64,000 nt of DNA from Thermodesulfobacteriota bacterium (lineage in GTDB: Bacteria; Desulfobacterota_D; UBA1144; Nemesobacterales; Mycalebacteriaceae). Location: contig OZ245366.1 of NCBI GenBank assembly GCA_965226585.1, forward strand, positions 1,319,423 to 1,383,422. The letters run 5' to 3'. Below the pieces are notes generated by a model, which had not been told where the DNA came from, did no database searches, and saw nothing but the letters and a program-made list of their open reading frames with translations. A program made the translations under genes and the position numbers. This document shows, one piece after another, positions 13,196 through 21,360 of the stretch; position 1 is the first letter of the stretch; every line of letters starts with the position of its first letter.

Positions 13196-13221
13196 GGTGT
13201 CCAATAAAGGTGTCCAATAAA
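13196..13221. promoter_or_regulatory. Tandem 13-bp direct repeat, ggtgtccaataaa ×2, upstream of paralog B. It may be a regulator-binding site.
   Basis: A perfect direct repeat ~75 bp upstream of the B start codon, between B and repeat array 1. Confidence 0.25.
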
Positions 13222-13226
13222 ACGGA

Positions 13227-13870
13227 ATGCCTTCCCCGTCATTCCGTTGCCTTTCCCGTCATTCCTGCGAAAGCAGGAATCCAGTATTGGTTAACCAGTT
13301 GAATACTGGATTCCGTGTCAAGCACGGAATGACGGGATGGGGAAAAACACGGAATGACACACTTTCCCGTCATTCCTGCGGAAGCAGGAATCCAGTATTG
13401 ATTAACCAGTTGAATACTGGATTCCGTGTCAAGCACGGAATGACGGGATGGGGAAAAAAGCACGGAATGACACACTTTCCCGTCATTCCTGCGGAAGCAG
13501 GAATCCAGTATTGGTTAACCAGTTGAATACTGGATTCCGTGTCAAGCACGGAATGACGGGATGGGGAAAAAAGCACGGAATGACACACTTTCCCGTCATT
13601 CCTGCGGAAGCAGGAATCCAGTATTGGTTAACCAGTTGAATACTGGATTCCGTGTCAGGCACGGAATGACGGGAAGGGGAAAAAGCGCGGAATGACACAC
13701 TTTCCCGTCATTCCTGCGAAAGCAGGAATCCAGTATTGGTTAACCAGTTGAATACTGGATTCCGTGTCAGGCACGGAATGACGGAAAGGGGAAAAGGCAC
13801 GGAATGACGGGAGTGTAGAAGCGTCATTCCGTTGCCTCCTCCGTCATTCCTGCGAAAGCAGGAATCCAGT
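13227..13870. repeat. Tandem array 1 of the ~113-bp palindromic repeat, ~5.5 units, NIME-like.
   Basis: The motif cacggaatgacacactttcccgtcattcctgc recurs at 13348, 13461 and 13574 (period 113). Each unit carries three nested hairpins: ATTCCTGCGGAAGCAGGAAT, ccagtatt-ggttaacc-agttgaatactgg and attccgtg-tcaag-cacggaat. There are no unique spacers. Confidence 0.9.
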
Positions 13871-13883
13871 ATTATTTAACCCG

Positions 13884-14174
13884 ATGGACAAAAATCCCGC
13901 AGTCTACATAATGGCGAGCAAGCGAAACGGAACACTTTACACAGGTGTAACCAGCAACCTGCCCGCCCGCGCTTGGGAGCATAAGAACAGCGCGACAGAA
14001 GGTTTTACAGACAAATACAGTGTCCACCTGCTTGTGTACTTTGAAGTGCACGAGGATATGAATTCAGCAATTGAACGCGAGAAGCAGATAAAGCAATGGA
14101 AACGCCAATGGAAATTGGAACTTATAGAGAAAGACAACCCTGAATGGAAAGATTTGTATGAGGATATTGTTTGA
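13884..14174 (+). CDS. GIY-YIG nuclease superfamily protein, 96 aa, of the UPF0213/YhbQ-like small stand-alone GIY-YIG type.
   Basis: The N-terminus reads AVYIMASKRNGTLYTGVTSNLPARAWEHK..., matching the GIY-(10-11)-YTG...R...EH pattern of the GIY-YIG catalytic domain. It is the only plus-strand gene in the island. It is inserted in the loop of a repeat-unit palindrome. Confidence 0.75.
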   Translation: MDKNPAVYIMASKRNGTLYTGVTSNLPARAWEHKNSATEGFTDKYSVHLLVYFEVHEDMNSAIEREKQIKQWKRQWKLELIEKDNPEWKDLYEDIV

Positions 14175-14920
14175 GTAGGGGTTTCGCCAGTTGAATACTG
14201 GATTCCGTGTCAGGCACGGAATGACGGGAAGGGGAAAAGGCACGGAATGACACACTTTCCCGTCATTCCTGCGGAAGCAGGAATCCAGTATTGGTTAACC
14301 AGTTGAATACTGGATTCCGTGTCAGGCACGGAATGACGGGATGGGGAAAAAGGCACGGAATGACGGGAGTGGAGAAGCGTCATTCCGTTGCCTCCTCCGT
14401 CATTCCTGCGGAAGCAGGAATCCAGTATTGGTTAGCCAGCTGAATACTGGATTCCGTGTCAGGCACGGAATGACGGGAAGGGGAAAAGGCACGGAATGAC
14501 ACTCTTTCCCGTCATTCCTGCGGAAGCAGGAATCCAGTATTAGTTAGCCAGTTGAATACTGGATTCCGTGTCAGGCACGGAATGACGGGAAGGGGAAGAA
14601 GGCACGGAATGACACTCTTTCCCGTCATTCCTGCGAAAGCAGGAATCCAGTATTAGTTAACCAGTTGAATACTGGATTCCGTGTCAGGCACGGAATGACG
14701 GGAAGGAGAAAAGGCACGGAATGACACACTTCCCCGTCATTCCTGCGGAAGCAGGAATCCAGTATTGGTTAGCCAGTTGAATACTGGATTCCGTGTCAGG
14801 CACGGAATGACGGAAAGGGGAAAAAGGCACGGAATGACGGAAAAAAAACAATCAACGGAATGACGGAATGGTGGAAAGCACGGAATGACGGGAAGGGGAA
14901 AAGGCACGGAATTACAGGTC
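14175..14920. repeat. Tandem array 2 of the ~113-bp palindromic repeat, ~6 units plus a degenerate A-rich tail.
   Basis: ccag(t/c)tgaatactgg recurs at ~14190, 14302, 14440, 14551, 14662 and 14774. The array sits directly downstream of the paralog C stop codon. Confidence 0.9.
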
Positions 14921-17900
14921 TTAAAACCTGTAATTAACTCCGCCTCTGAACTGTTGCACAAAAGTATCAACCGAAGAACTAACCCCGCCGCCATATTCAA
15001 CACTCACATTAAACTTCTCATAAGGGCTGTATTCAAAACCCGCCCCGTAGGTGAACATCACCCTGTCCATTGTGCCGTCAACGGGAACATTATCCCTCTC
15101 AAGCCTTCCTTCAATCTCAGATTCAGGGTTAAGCACTTGTATATCCGCCCCTGTTCTTATCCACATATTTATTGTCTCATTGAGAGGACTCCGCGCCTCT
15201 ATTGACGGACTCACGTACACAAGCAACTCGCTTATCTCATCTACCCCAAAGGCATCCATCGCCGCATCCGCCGCACCTGTTCCTGTTGTAAGCGAAGTCT
15301 CATTAAACTTATCCGCCGTTATTTGAGATGCTCCAACCGCCACACGGGGGAAGAAAGCGAACTCTCCCATTAAGAACGGTCTTGCCGCGCCTATCTCGCC
15401 GCCGAATACCGTTGCGTCCACATCCGCCGAGTAACTGTTACCCGCCGTTCTGGTCGCTTCCCAACTCGTTGACCCGTAACGCAGGTTGCCGTCAAGCACA
15501 AACTCATCAACCAACGCCTCGGCAAATATACCGCCCATGAACCTTGTTGCATCTCCGCTTGCTTTGCCCAGTCCTCTCGTGTCCGCCGCAGTCTCTGTTT
15601 CTGAACTCGCGTCTATGTCCGATATCTCATATCCGCCCGCGATAGAAACAAGCACTCCGCTAAATGGCGCGGAAAAACCGCCGGTGAAGGAATAAACATC
15701 CTCGTCATATTGTATCGCCGATGTGTGCCTTGTGTATCTTCCGCCCGATGTTGCCCATACGCATCCGCCAGTCCAAAACTCTCCTTCTATCTCATCACTC
15801 GCCGCTCCGCTGATTCCGCATCCTCTTGCCAACTTGTCAGCAAAGTTTCTGTCTGAACGGTAGGCGGACTGTATCAATGCGTCATATACATCCAAACTTG
15901 TGTCTTTGTGCGATGTTGCTCTTAAAAACAGGTTGCCGTTTTCGTCTGTCTCAACAGTTATTCTTTCGCCGATTTCCGCGCTCAGGCGGTCTGCAACTTC
16001 CTGCCTTTCTTCGCCTTCCGGCAGGGCTTCCGCTTCAAAAATTGTGTATTCCGTTACATGCGCGCCGGGAACTTCAACTTCAACATTGAAACCCTCAACA
16101 TCTTCGGCGGTTATCGTCCCCTCAAGGTCTATCAGCGGGTCGCCCGCAACGCTTTCAGGGTCTGCCGTGATAACAAGGGTTGAGTTTGCGCCGAAAGATA
16201 TCTTCTCAAGCCCGTTAATCGTTTCCCCGCCACTTATTACCAAAGTTCCGTTGACTGTCAGAGTGTCTCCATCGCTATCTCCAAAGTTCAGAGAACCGCC
16301 GCCCGATTTCTCCGGCTCCGTTTCCACAAACTCAGCGGTTCCCGCAGAACCGAGACGGAAACGCCCGTCTCCGCCGGATGATGCGGAACGCCTGCTGCTG
16401 GTGGTAATATTCGTGCCTTCATACGTTCCGCCTGCGGCTATGGTAACACTTGCGCCGCCCACAACAGCAGATGTGTCTATGTCGCCATACACCTTGCCGG
16501 TGGCGTTAATCGTAACTATTCTGTTATCGTAACCAAGGGTTCCTGACCACCCCTTCGCGCCCGCAGACATTTTTATCGCCTTGCCGCCCGTTACGTTCAC
16601 GGTTCCGTCCACCCAAACAAAAGCCCCGCCGTTTGCCGTGCTCGCGGAAATCCCGATTCCCGAAGTCGCACCCGCCGCCCCTTTCGCGTACACCGCCGAA
16701 CCTTCATCAATAATTACATTTGCATATCCGGTATCAGCCCTCGCTATTATCGCCTTCCCGCCGGTTCCGCTCGCGTTCACAAGCGTTCTGCCTCCTAATC
16801 TTACTGTCGCCTCTATGTCATGCACACTTACGGCAGATGCCCCTGTTTGGGGGTTCGTCCTCGGCGCGCCGGTTGTTGTGGCGTTCAGCCCTTCAGCCTG
16901 TCCGCCCGGGAGGCTGATAACATGTGTAACATCCGAACTTGACGAATGATAAGAGTTGACAGTCGCGTCCGCCCCGGCCGATTCTGCCACGGCATACTTG
17001 CTTTGGGTTCCGTTTGCGTAACGCACTGCGGGAGTTCCTCCGCTTGGTGTGCGGAAAATAATATCCACCCGGGCATTTGCGCTGCTTGAGGATGCGTGGG
17101 CGGCGGTACTGCGGTTGTCGCCGTTCACGAATAAAATGCCGCTCGTCTCAATACTTGCGTTTCCGCCTGCGCTAGCCCGTATCGCCGTGCTTCCAATGCC
17201 CTCCGTATAGACAGCCGTGCTGTGACTTGCCTGTCTGATTAAAACATTTCCCGACCCGCTCACTCCGTACAGGGCGTGGCTTTGCTTCTGCACCGCCCAC
17301 ACTTTTGCCTGTCCTGAAACGGTAATGGCAACATCTCCGCTTCCGCTTGATACGCCACTAAACGCGGATGACCTGTCAGGGATGACTGACAGCCGAGAAT
17401 CTCCGCTCATTGAAAAAGATATATCTCCGTTTCTCGTCTCCGCGACAATTGCGTCTGCAAGGAAATGACCGCGCATAGCTACCTGAGAGGTGCCGCCAAG
17501 CGCAATATTTATGTCTCCGTCCGCGCTGTTCGCGTGTATGGCTCTGGCGGCGGTTCCGTATTGCGGGAATCCGGCTATCACCTGCGCGCCGCCCTGCAAA
17601 CTGACGGTTGTGGAGCCGTTGCGGGTTTGCAGTCTGACGGTATTGGTATTCGACTGCCCTGAGGAAACATACGCCGAATCCGGATTCTCTAACGGCGCGT
17701 CTGCCGCCGCCGCCGCGCCGTTGACATAAAGCCCTATGGCACCGTCCACCGATGTCGCTTTTATGGTGTCGCCACTCCCGCCGGTAACGACTCGCGACTT
17801 GTCGGAAATGATTATTTTTGTTTCTCCGTTACCCACTTGCGACACGACACCGCTTCCTACCGCCTCTATACGGGAATCGCCAACCAGAGTAATTTCCGTT

Positions 17901-20900
17901 CTTTCTGTTGAGCCGCTTGCGTCAACACTCAGCACGGAGGCTCCGCTTGTTTCTGTGGCGATGCTGGAGTTTGCAAGATAGACCCTAACTCCAAGTTCAG
18001 TTCCCTGTGTTCCCGCTACGTATGAAGAGCTTACGTGAACCGCGCTTCCCGCTCCGGCGACCGCCGTCAGCGGAGAATTGACTATATCAAGCGTTGCCGT
18101 GCCTTTGTCAGCCCGAACCTGCGCGGCGCGTCCGCCGGCGGATTTAATAGTTGAGCTGTTGACGATGACATGCACGCCTCCAACCACTCTTGTTCCCACA
18201 GCCGAAATTCCGCTTGACCCCGCAACCGCCATGACGGTTGAATCATTCACCGCCAAAACTACCGCCGGCAAGTCCGCTGTTCCGCCGGGGCCCGCTCCGG
18301 CGTCAACGGCGTCAACGGCATTTGCTCCCGCGCCGTTTAACGCGATAAACGAGTCGATTACATTCACTGCTCCAACAATTCCTCCAACCGCCGGGTTGCC
18401 CGCGTGCGCCGACCATACCTTGGACCCGCTTATGTGCACAGTCGCCCCTTTGACGGCTGTGCCCGTGCCTGATGTGCCCGTTGCCCAAACCTCCGAGCCG
18501 TTAGTTATGCTCACGCCGCCAGCCGTGGTGATGCCTTCTCTTACCGCCCACACCTTTGAGCCGTTAACGGTTACATCTCCGCCGGTCTGGATTTTGATGG
18601 CATTGCCGGCCGCGCCGTTTGCGCCAACTACCGCGCCGTTGACCACATTCACCGCGCTACCCGTTTGAATCGTGATTGACTCGGCGCCTTCGCTCCAAAC
18701 GCTGACGCCGTTTAAGTCAAAACCCTCACTGAAAGAAGTGATGACAAAGGTTCCCGCGCCGTTAGACCAAACTTTTGAGCCGTCTGTTATGGTCAGCGAT
18801 GTCCTTCCCGTTTCGGGAATTACAGGGTTCACGGGGCTGTCTCCCGTTGACCACACATTTGAGCCGCTTATGCTGATGTCTGCTCCTGTTATCGCGCTTT
18901 TTGCCGCTCCATGCGTCCAAACGTTTGACCCGTTAAACACTTTCACCGTTCCGGTTGCCACAATTCCGCCGCCGCCGGTCGCGCTGTTTGCCCCCGCAGT
19001 CGCGCCGCTCAGAAGTACGTCTTGCGCCGTAATCGCGTTGCTGTCCGCTCCTTCAGCCCACACAGACGCGCCGTTGAGTGTTACGGTTCCGGTTGCGGTT
19101 GTGGCAAGGGCGTCTGTTGTCGCGCCGTTAGCCCACAGCTTTATGCCGTGAATTGTTACTTCCGTTGTTATTCCCGCAGTTGAAGCACTGTCTGCCGTTG
19201 TCCAAACTTCTCCCGCTCCGTCTCTTGATTCAATGGTGAGCGTTCCCGAAGTCGCATTAATCGCAGAACTGCTCGCGCCTTCCGCCCAAACCTTTGAGCC
19301 GCCGTAAATTTCGAATAATGAGGCAACCACAACCGCGTTGCTGTTATCGCCTTCCGTCCAAATTTGCGAACCGCTTCTGATTGTCGCGTTTTCGGTTACG
19401 GCAAGGGCGTTTGTTGTCGCGCCGTTTGCCCACACTTTTGCTTGCCGAATAAATGCTCTGTCCGCCCTCAGGGTTAAAGCCCCATCACCGGTTGTCCAAA
19501 TCTCTCCCGTTCCGGCAATGGCAAGCCCTCCGCCGCTTCCCGCGGAAACCGCCCGACTTCCCGCGCCGTTTGCCCAGACCTTGCCGCCGGCGGTAATTAT
19601 TAGTGAGTTGGCGATAATCGTGTTGGCGTTATTGCCTTCCGTCCAAACTTCCGAGGAGTACACTCTCGCGGAATCCGAAACTACCGCATCAGACCTGAAG
19701 CCGCCCGTCCACACCTTGACGCTGTTCTGAATGCCCACAGTTGTTGCCTTTATCGCGTTACTGATTGGGCCGTTTGCCCACACATTCGCGCCGTTCCAAA
19801 TATTGACGGTTGGCGCAAGGATGGTGTTGGATTGGCCGCCTATTGTCCACACATTCGCGCCAATGACTGTTACGGGTGCTGATGTTGCCTTAACTGCGTT
19901 GCTTCTCGAGCCGTTTGCCCACACATTTGCGCCGTTCCAAATATTGACAAGTGCCGCAACGATAGTTTCGGAACCTTGGCCGCCTATTGTCCACACATTC
20001 GCGCCATTGACTGTTACGACAGCTCCCGCCGTAACCGCCTGACTTCTCGAGCCGTTTGCCCAAACTTTCAGGTCATTGATGACCGCCGTTCTTACCGCTT
20101 TCACTGCTACAGTCGAGGATCCTTTAACCCATATCTCTCCCGTTCCGTCTTCAGATTCTATGGTAACCGAGTCCGAACTTCCCGAAACAACGGCGATTCC
20201 GCTGGATGAGCTTGCCCAAACCTTTCCACCGCTTGAAACATTCACCGTGTCCGAGACTATCGTGTTGGAGTTAAAGCGGTTTCCCGTCCAAACTTCCGAG
20301 TTATCGACCAGCACGGCTGTAGCCAAAATCGCGTCGCTTCTGGCTCCGTCACTCCAAACCTTCGCGCCGTTCCAAAGGCTCACAGTTTTTGCCTGTATCG
20401 TACCGGCGTCTGATTTGTTAGACCATATTTGCGCCGATGAGACCTTTAAGGCGTCCGTTGATATGACTGCCAGTTTGCCGTCGCTCGTCCATATATCAAG
20501 TTCTGATATTAGCGCGCCGTCCGGTGTGGCGCTGATAATGTTGACGGCGTAACTGTTAAAGCTGAGTGAGTAGATTTCGCCCGCTGAGGCGTTGCCGGAG
20601 ATGGTAACGCTTCCGCTGTTGGTTTGAACCGCCAGAGCCGCCCCCCCGCCTGCGGAGTATCTTTCCAGCGCGATTTTTGAATTGTTGCCCACCCAAACGG
20701 TGGTGGATGTGTTCACGCCTTTGAATTCAACGGTATTCACGCCATTGCCGCCTGACACGCTAATGTCGCCTGAGGTAACAAGCATATTGTCTGTTATTAC
20801 CGCGGCTATATTTCCCCGTTCTATATTTACGCTAATCACCGTGCTTTCGTCTGAGTTTATAACGTCCGGTTCTCCGTCTCTTGAGCGGATATCCAAATCA

Positions 20901-21334
20901 AGGTTTGTAATGGTACTGGTGTTTGTAATGATACCGGTGTTTGTGTTTGGGTCTCTTACGTAGGTAATTGGGTCTCTTGCGTAGGTAATGTTGAAATTAA
21001 TTCCGTCTCCTCCGATTAGCGGAACGGGTTTTGTGCCTTCAATGATGAAGGGGCGGATAGTCTTTGTGGTGGATGAAATAACCCCGCGTGTGCGACTTTT
21101 AAATATGACTTTTACAGGGGTAGTCACCTCCGGAGACGTGAAGGTTGTCGTTGAGGAATCTGTCGCGGGAAAAATTGTGGAAATTATCACCACGGAAGGA
21201 TCGTTCGTGGTTACGTAACTTGTGTTGGAATAAAATGTATTGGAATAAGATACTGTCTGGGAATAAGATACGCCCGGCACGATGAGGGTGCATAAAAGAG
21301 CAAAAAGAACGAGTGCGAACGAGCGTTTACGCAT
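14921..21334 (-). CDS. Giant autotransporter-like surface protein, paralog C, 2137 aa.
   Basis: Signal peptide MRKRSFALVLFALLCTLIVPGVSYSQ. The passenger carries KVWANG/NVWTIG repeats. The C-terminal β-domain ends ...FRGGVNYRF. The 3'-most ~1.25 kb is nearly identical to the 3' end of D. It starts 26 bp after the D stop, so D–C look like an operon. Confidence 0.85.
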   Translation of the reverse strand: MRKRSFALVLFALLCTLIVPGVSYSQTVSYSNTFYSNTSYVTTNDPSVVIISTIFPATDSSTTTFTSPEVTTPVKVIFKSRTRGVISSTTKTIRPFIIEGTKPVPLIGGDGINFNITYARDPITYVRDPNTNTGIITNTSTITNLDLDIRSRDGEPDVINSDESTVISVNIERGNIAAVITDNMLVTSGDISVSGGNGVNTVEFKGVNTSTTVWVGNNSKIALERYSAGGGAALAVQTNSGSVTISGNASAGEIYSLSFNSYAVNIISATPDGALISELDIWTSDGKLAVISTDALKVSSAQIWSNKSDAGTIQAKTVSLWNGAKVWSDGARSDAILATAVLVDNSEVWTGNRFNSNTIVSDTVNVSSGGKVWASSSSGIAVVSGSSDSVTIESEDGTGEIWVKGSSTVAVKAVRTAVINDLKVWANGSRSQAVTAGAVVTVNGANVWTIGGQGSETIVAALVNIWNGANVWANGSRSNAVKATSAPVTVIGANVWTIGGQSNTILAPTVNIWNGANVWANGPISNAIKATTVGIQNSVKVWTGGFRSDAVVSDSARVYSSEVWTEGNNANTIIANSLIITAGGKVWANGAGSRAVSAGSGGGLAIAGTGEIWTTGDGALTLRADRAFIRQAKVWANGATTNALAVTENATIRSGSQIWTEGDNSNAVVVASLFEIYGGSKVWAEGASSSAINATSGTLTIESRDGAGEVWTTADSASTAGITTEVTIHGIKLWANGATTDALATTATGTVTLNGASVWAEGADSNAITAQDVLLSGATAGANSATGGGGIVATGTVKVFNGSNVWTHGAAKSAITGADISISGSNVWSTGDSPVNPVIPETGRTSLTITDGSKVWSNGAGTFVITSFSEGFDLNGVSVWSEGAESITIQTGSAVNVVNGAVVGANGAAGNAIKIQTGGDVTVNGSKVWAVREGITTAGGVSITNGSEVWATGTSGTGTAVKGATVHISGSKVWSAHAGNPAVGGIVGAVNVIDSFIALNGAGANAVDAVDAGAGPGGTADLPAVVLAVNDSTVMAVAGSSGISAVGTRVVGGVHVIVNSSTIKSAGGRAAQVRADKGTATLDIVNSPLTAVAGAGSAVHVSSSYVAGTQGTELGVRVYLANSSIATETSGASVLSVDASGSTERTEITLVGDSRIEAVGSGVVSQVGNGETKIIISDKSRVVTGGSGDTIKATSVDGAIGLYVNGAAAAADAPLENPDSAYVSSGQSNTNTVRLQTRNGSTTVSLQGGAQVIAGFPQYGTAARAIHANSADGDINIALGGTSQVAMRGHFLADAIVAETRNGDISFSMSGDSRLSVIPDRSSAFSGVSSGSGDVAITVSGQAKVWAVQKQSHALYGVSGSGNVLIRQASHSTAVYTEGIGSTAIRASAGGNASIETSGILFVNGDNRSTAAHASSSSANARVDIIFRTPSGGTPAVRYANGTQSKYAVAESAGADATVNSYHSSSSDVTHVISLPGGQAEGLNATTTGAPRTNPQTGASAVSVHDIEATVRLGGRTLVNASGTGGKAIIARADTGYANVIIDEGSAVYAKGAAGATSGIGISASTANGGAFVWVDGTVNVTGGKAIKMSAGAKGWSGTLGYDNRIVTINATGKVYGDIDTSAVVGGASVTIAAGGTYEGTNITTSSRRSASSGGDGRFRLGSAGTAEFVETEPEKSGGGSLNFGDSDGDTLTVNGTLVISGGETINGLEKISFGANSTLVITADPESVAGDPLIDLEGTITAEDVEGFNVEVEVPGAHVTEYTIFEAEALPEGEERQEVADRLSAEIGERITVETDENGNLFLRATSHKDTSLDVYDALIQSAYRSDRNFADKLARGCGISGAASDEIEGEFWTGGCVWATSGGRYTRHTSAIQYDEDVYSFTGGFSAPFSGVLVSIAGGYEISDIDASSETETAADTRGLGKASGDATRFMGGIFAEALVDEFVLDGNLRYGSTSWEATRTAGNSYSADVDATVFGGEIGAARPFLMGEFAFFPRVAVGASQITADKFNETSLTTGTGAADAAMDAFGVDEISELLVYVSPSIEARSPLNETINMWIRTGADIQVLNPESEIEGRLERDNVPVDGTMDRVMFTYGAGFEYSPYEKFNVSVEYGGGVSSSVDTFVQQFRGGVNYRF

Positions 21335-21360
21335 TGATAAAAACTCAGAACTACGGGGTA

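Noticed and set aside
13227-13698. Small ORFs lying inside the repeat arrays (13227..13526, 13448..13639 and others; 29708..30583; 49961..50500).
   Set aside because: They are translations of the tandem repeat units themselves. The same peptide (…HSVPDTESSIQLVNQYWIPASAGMTG…) recurs on both strands in every unit.
13227-14920. CRISPR array, an interpretation that would apply equally to 29690-30700 and 49880-50450.
   Set aside because: The ~113-bp units are contiguous with no unique spacers, so they are tandem direct repeats. The repeat is too long and too highly structured for CRISPR, and there are no cas genes.
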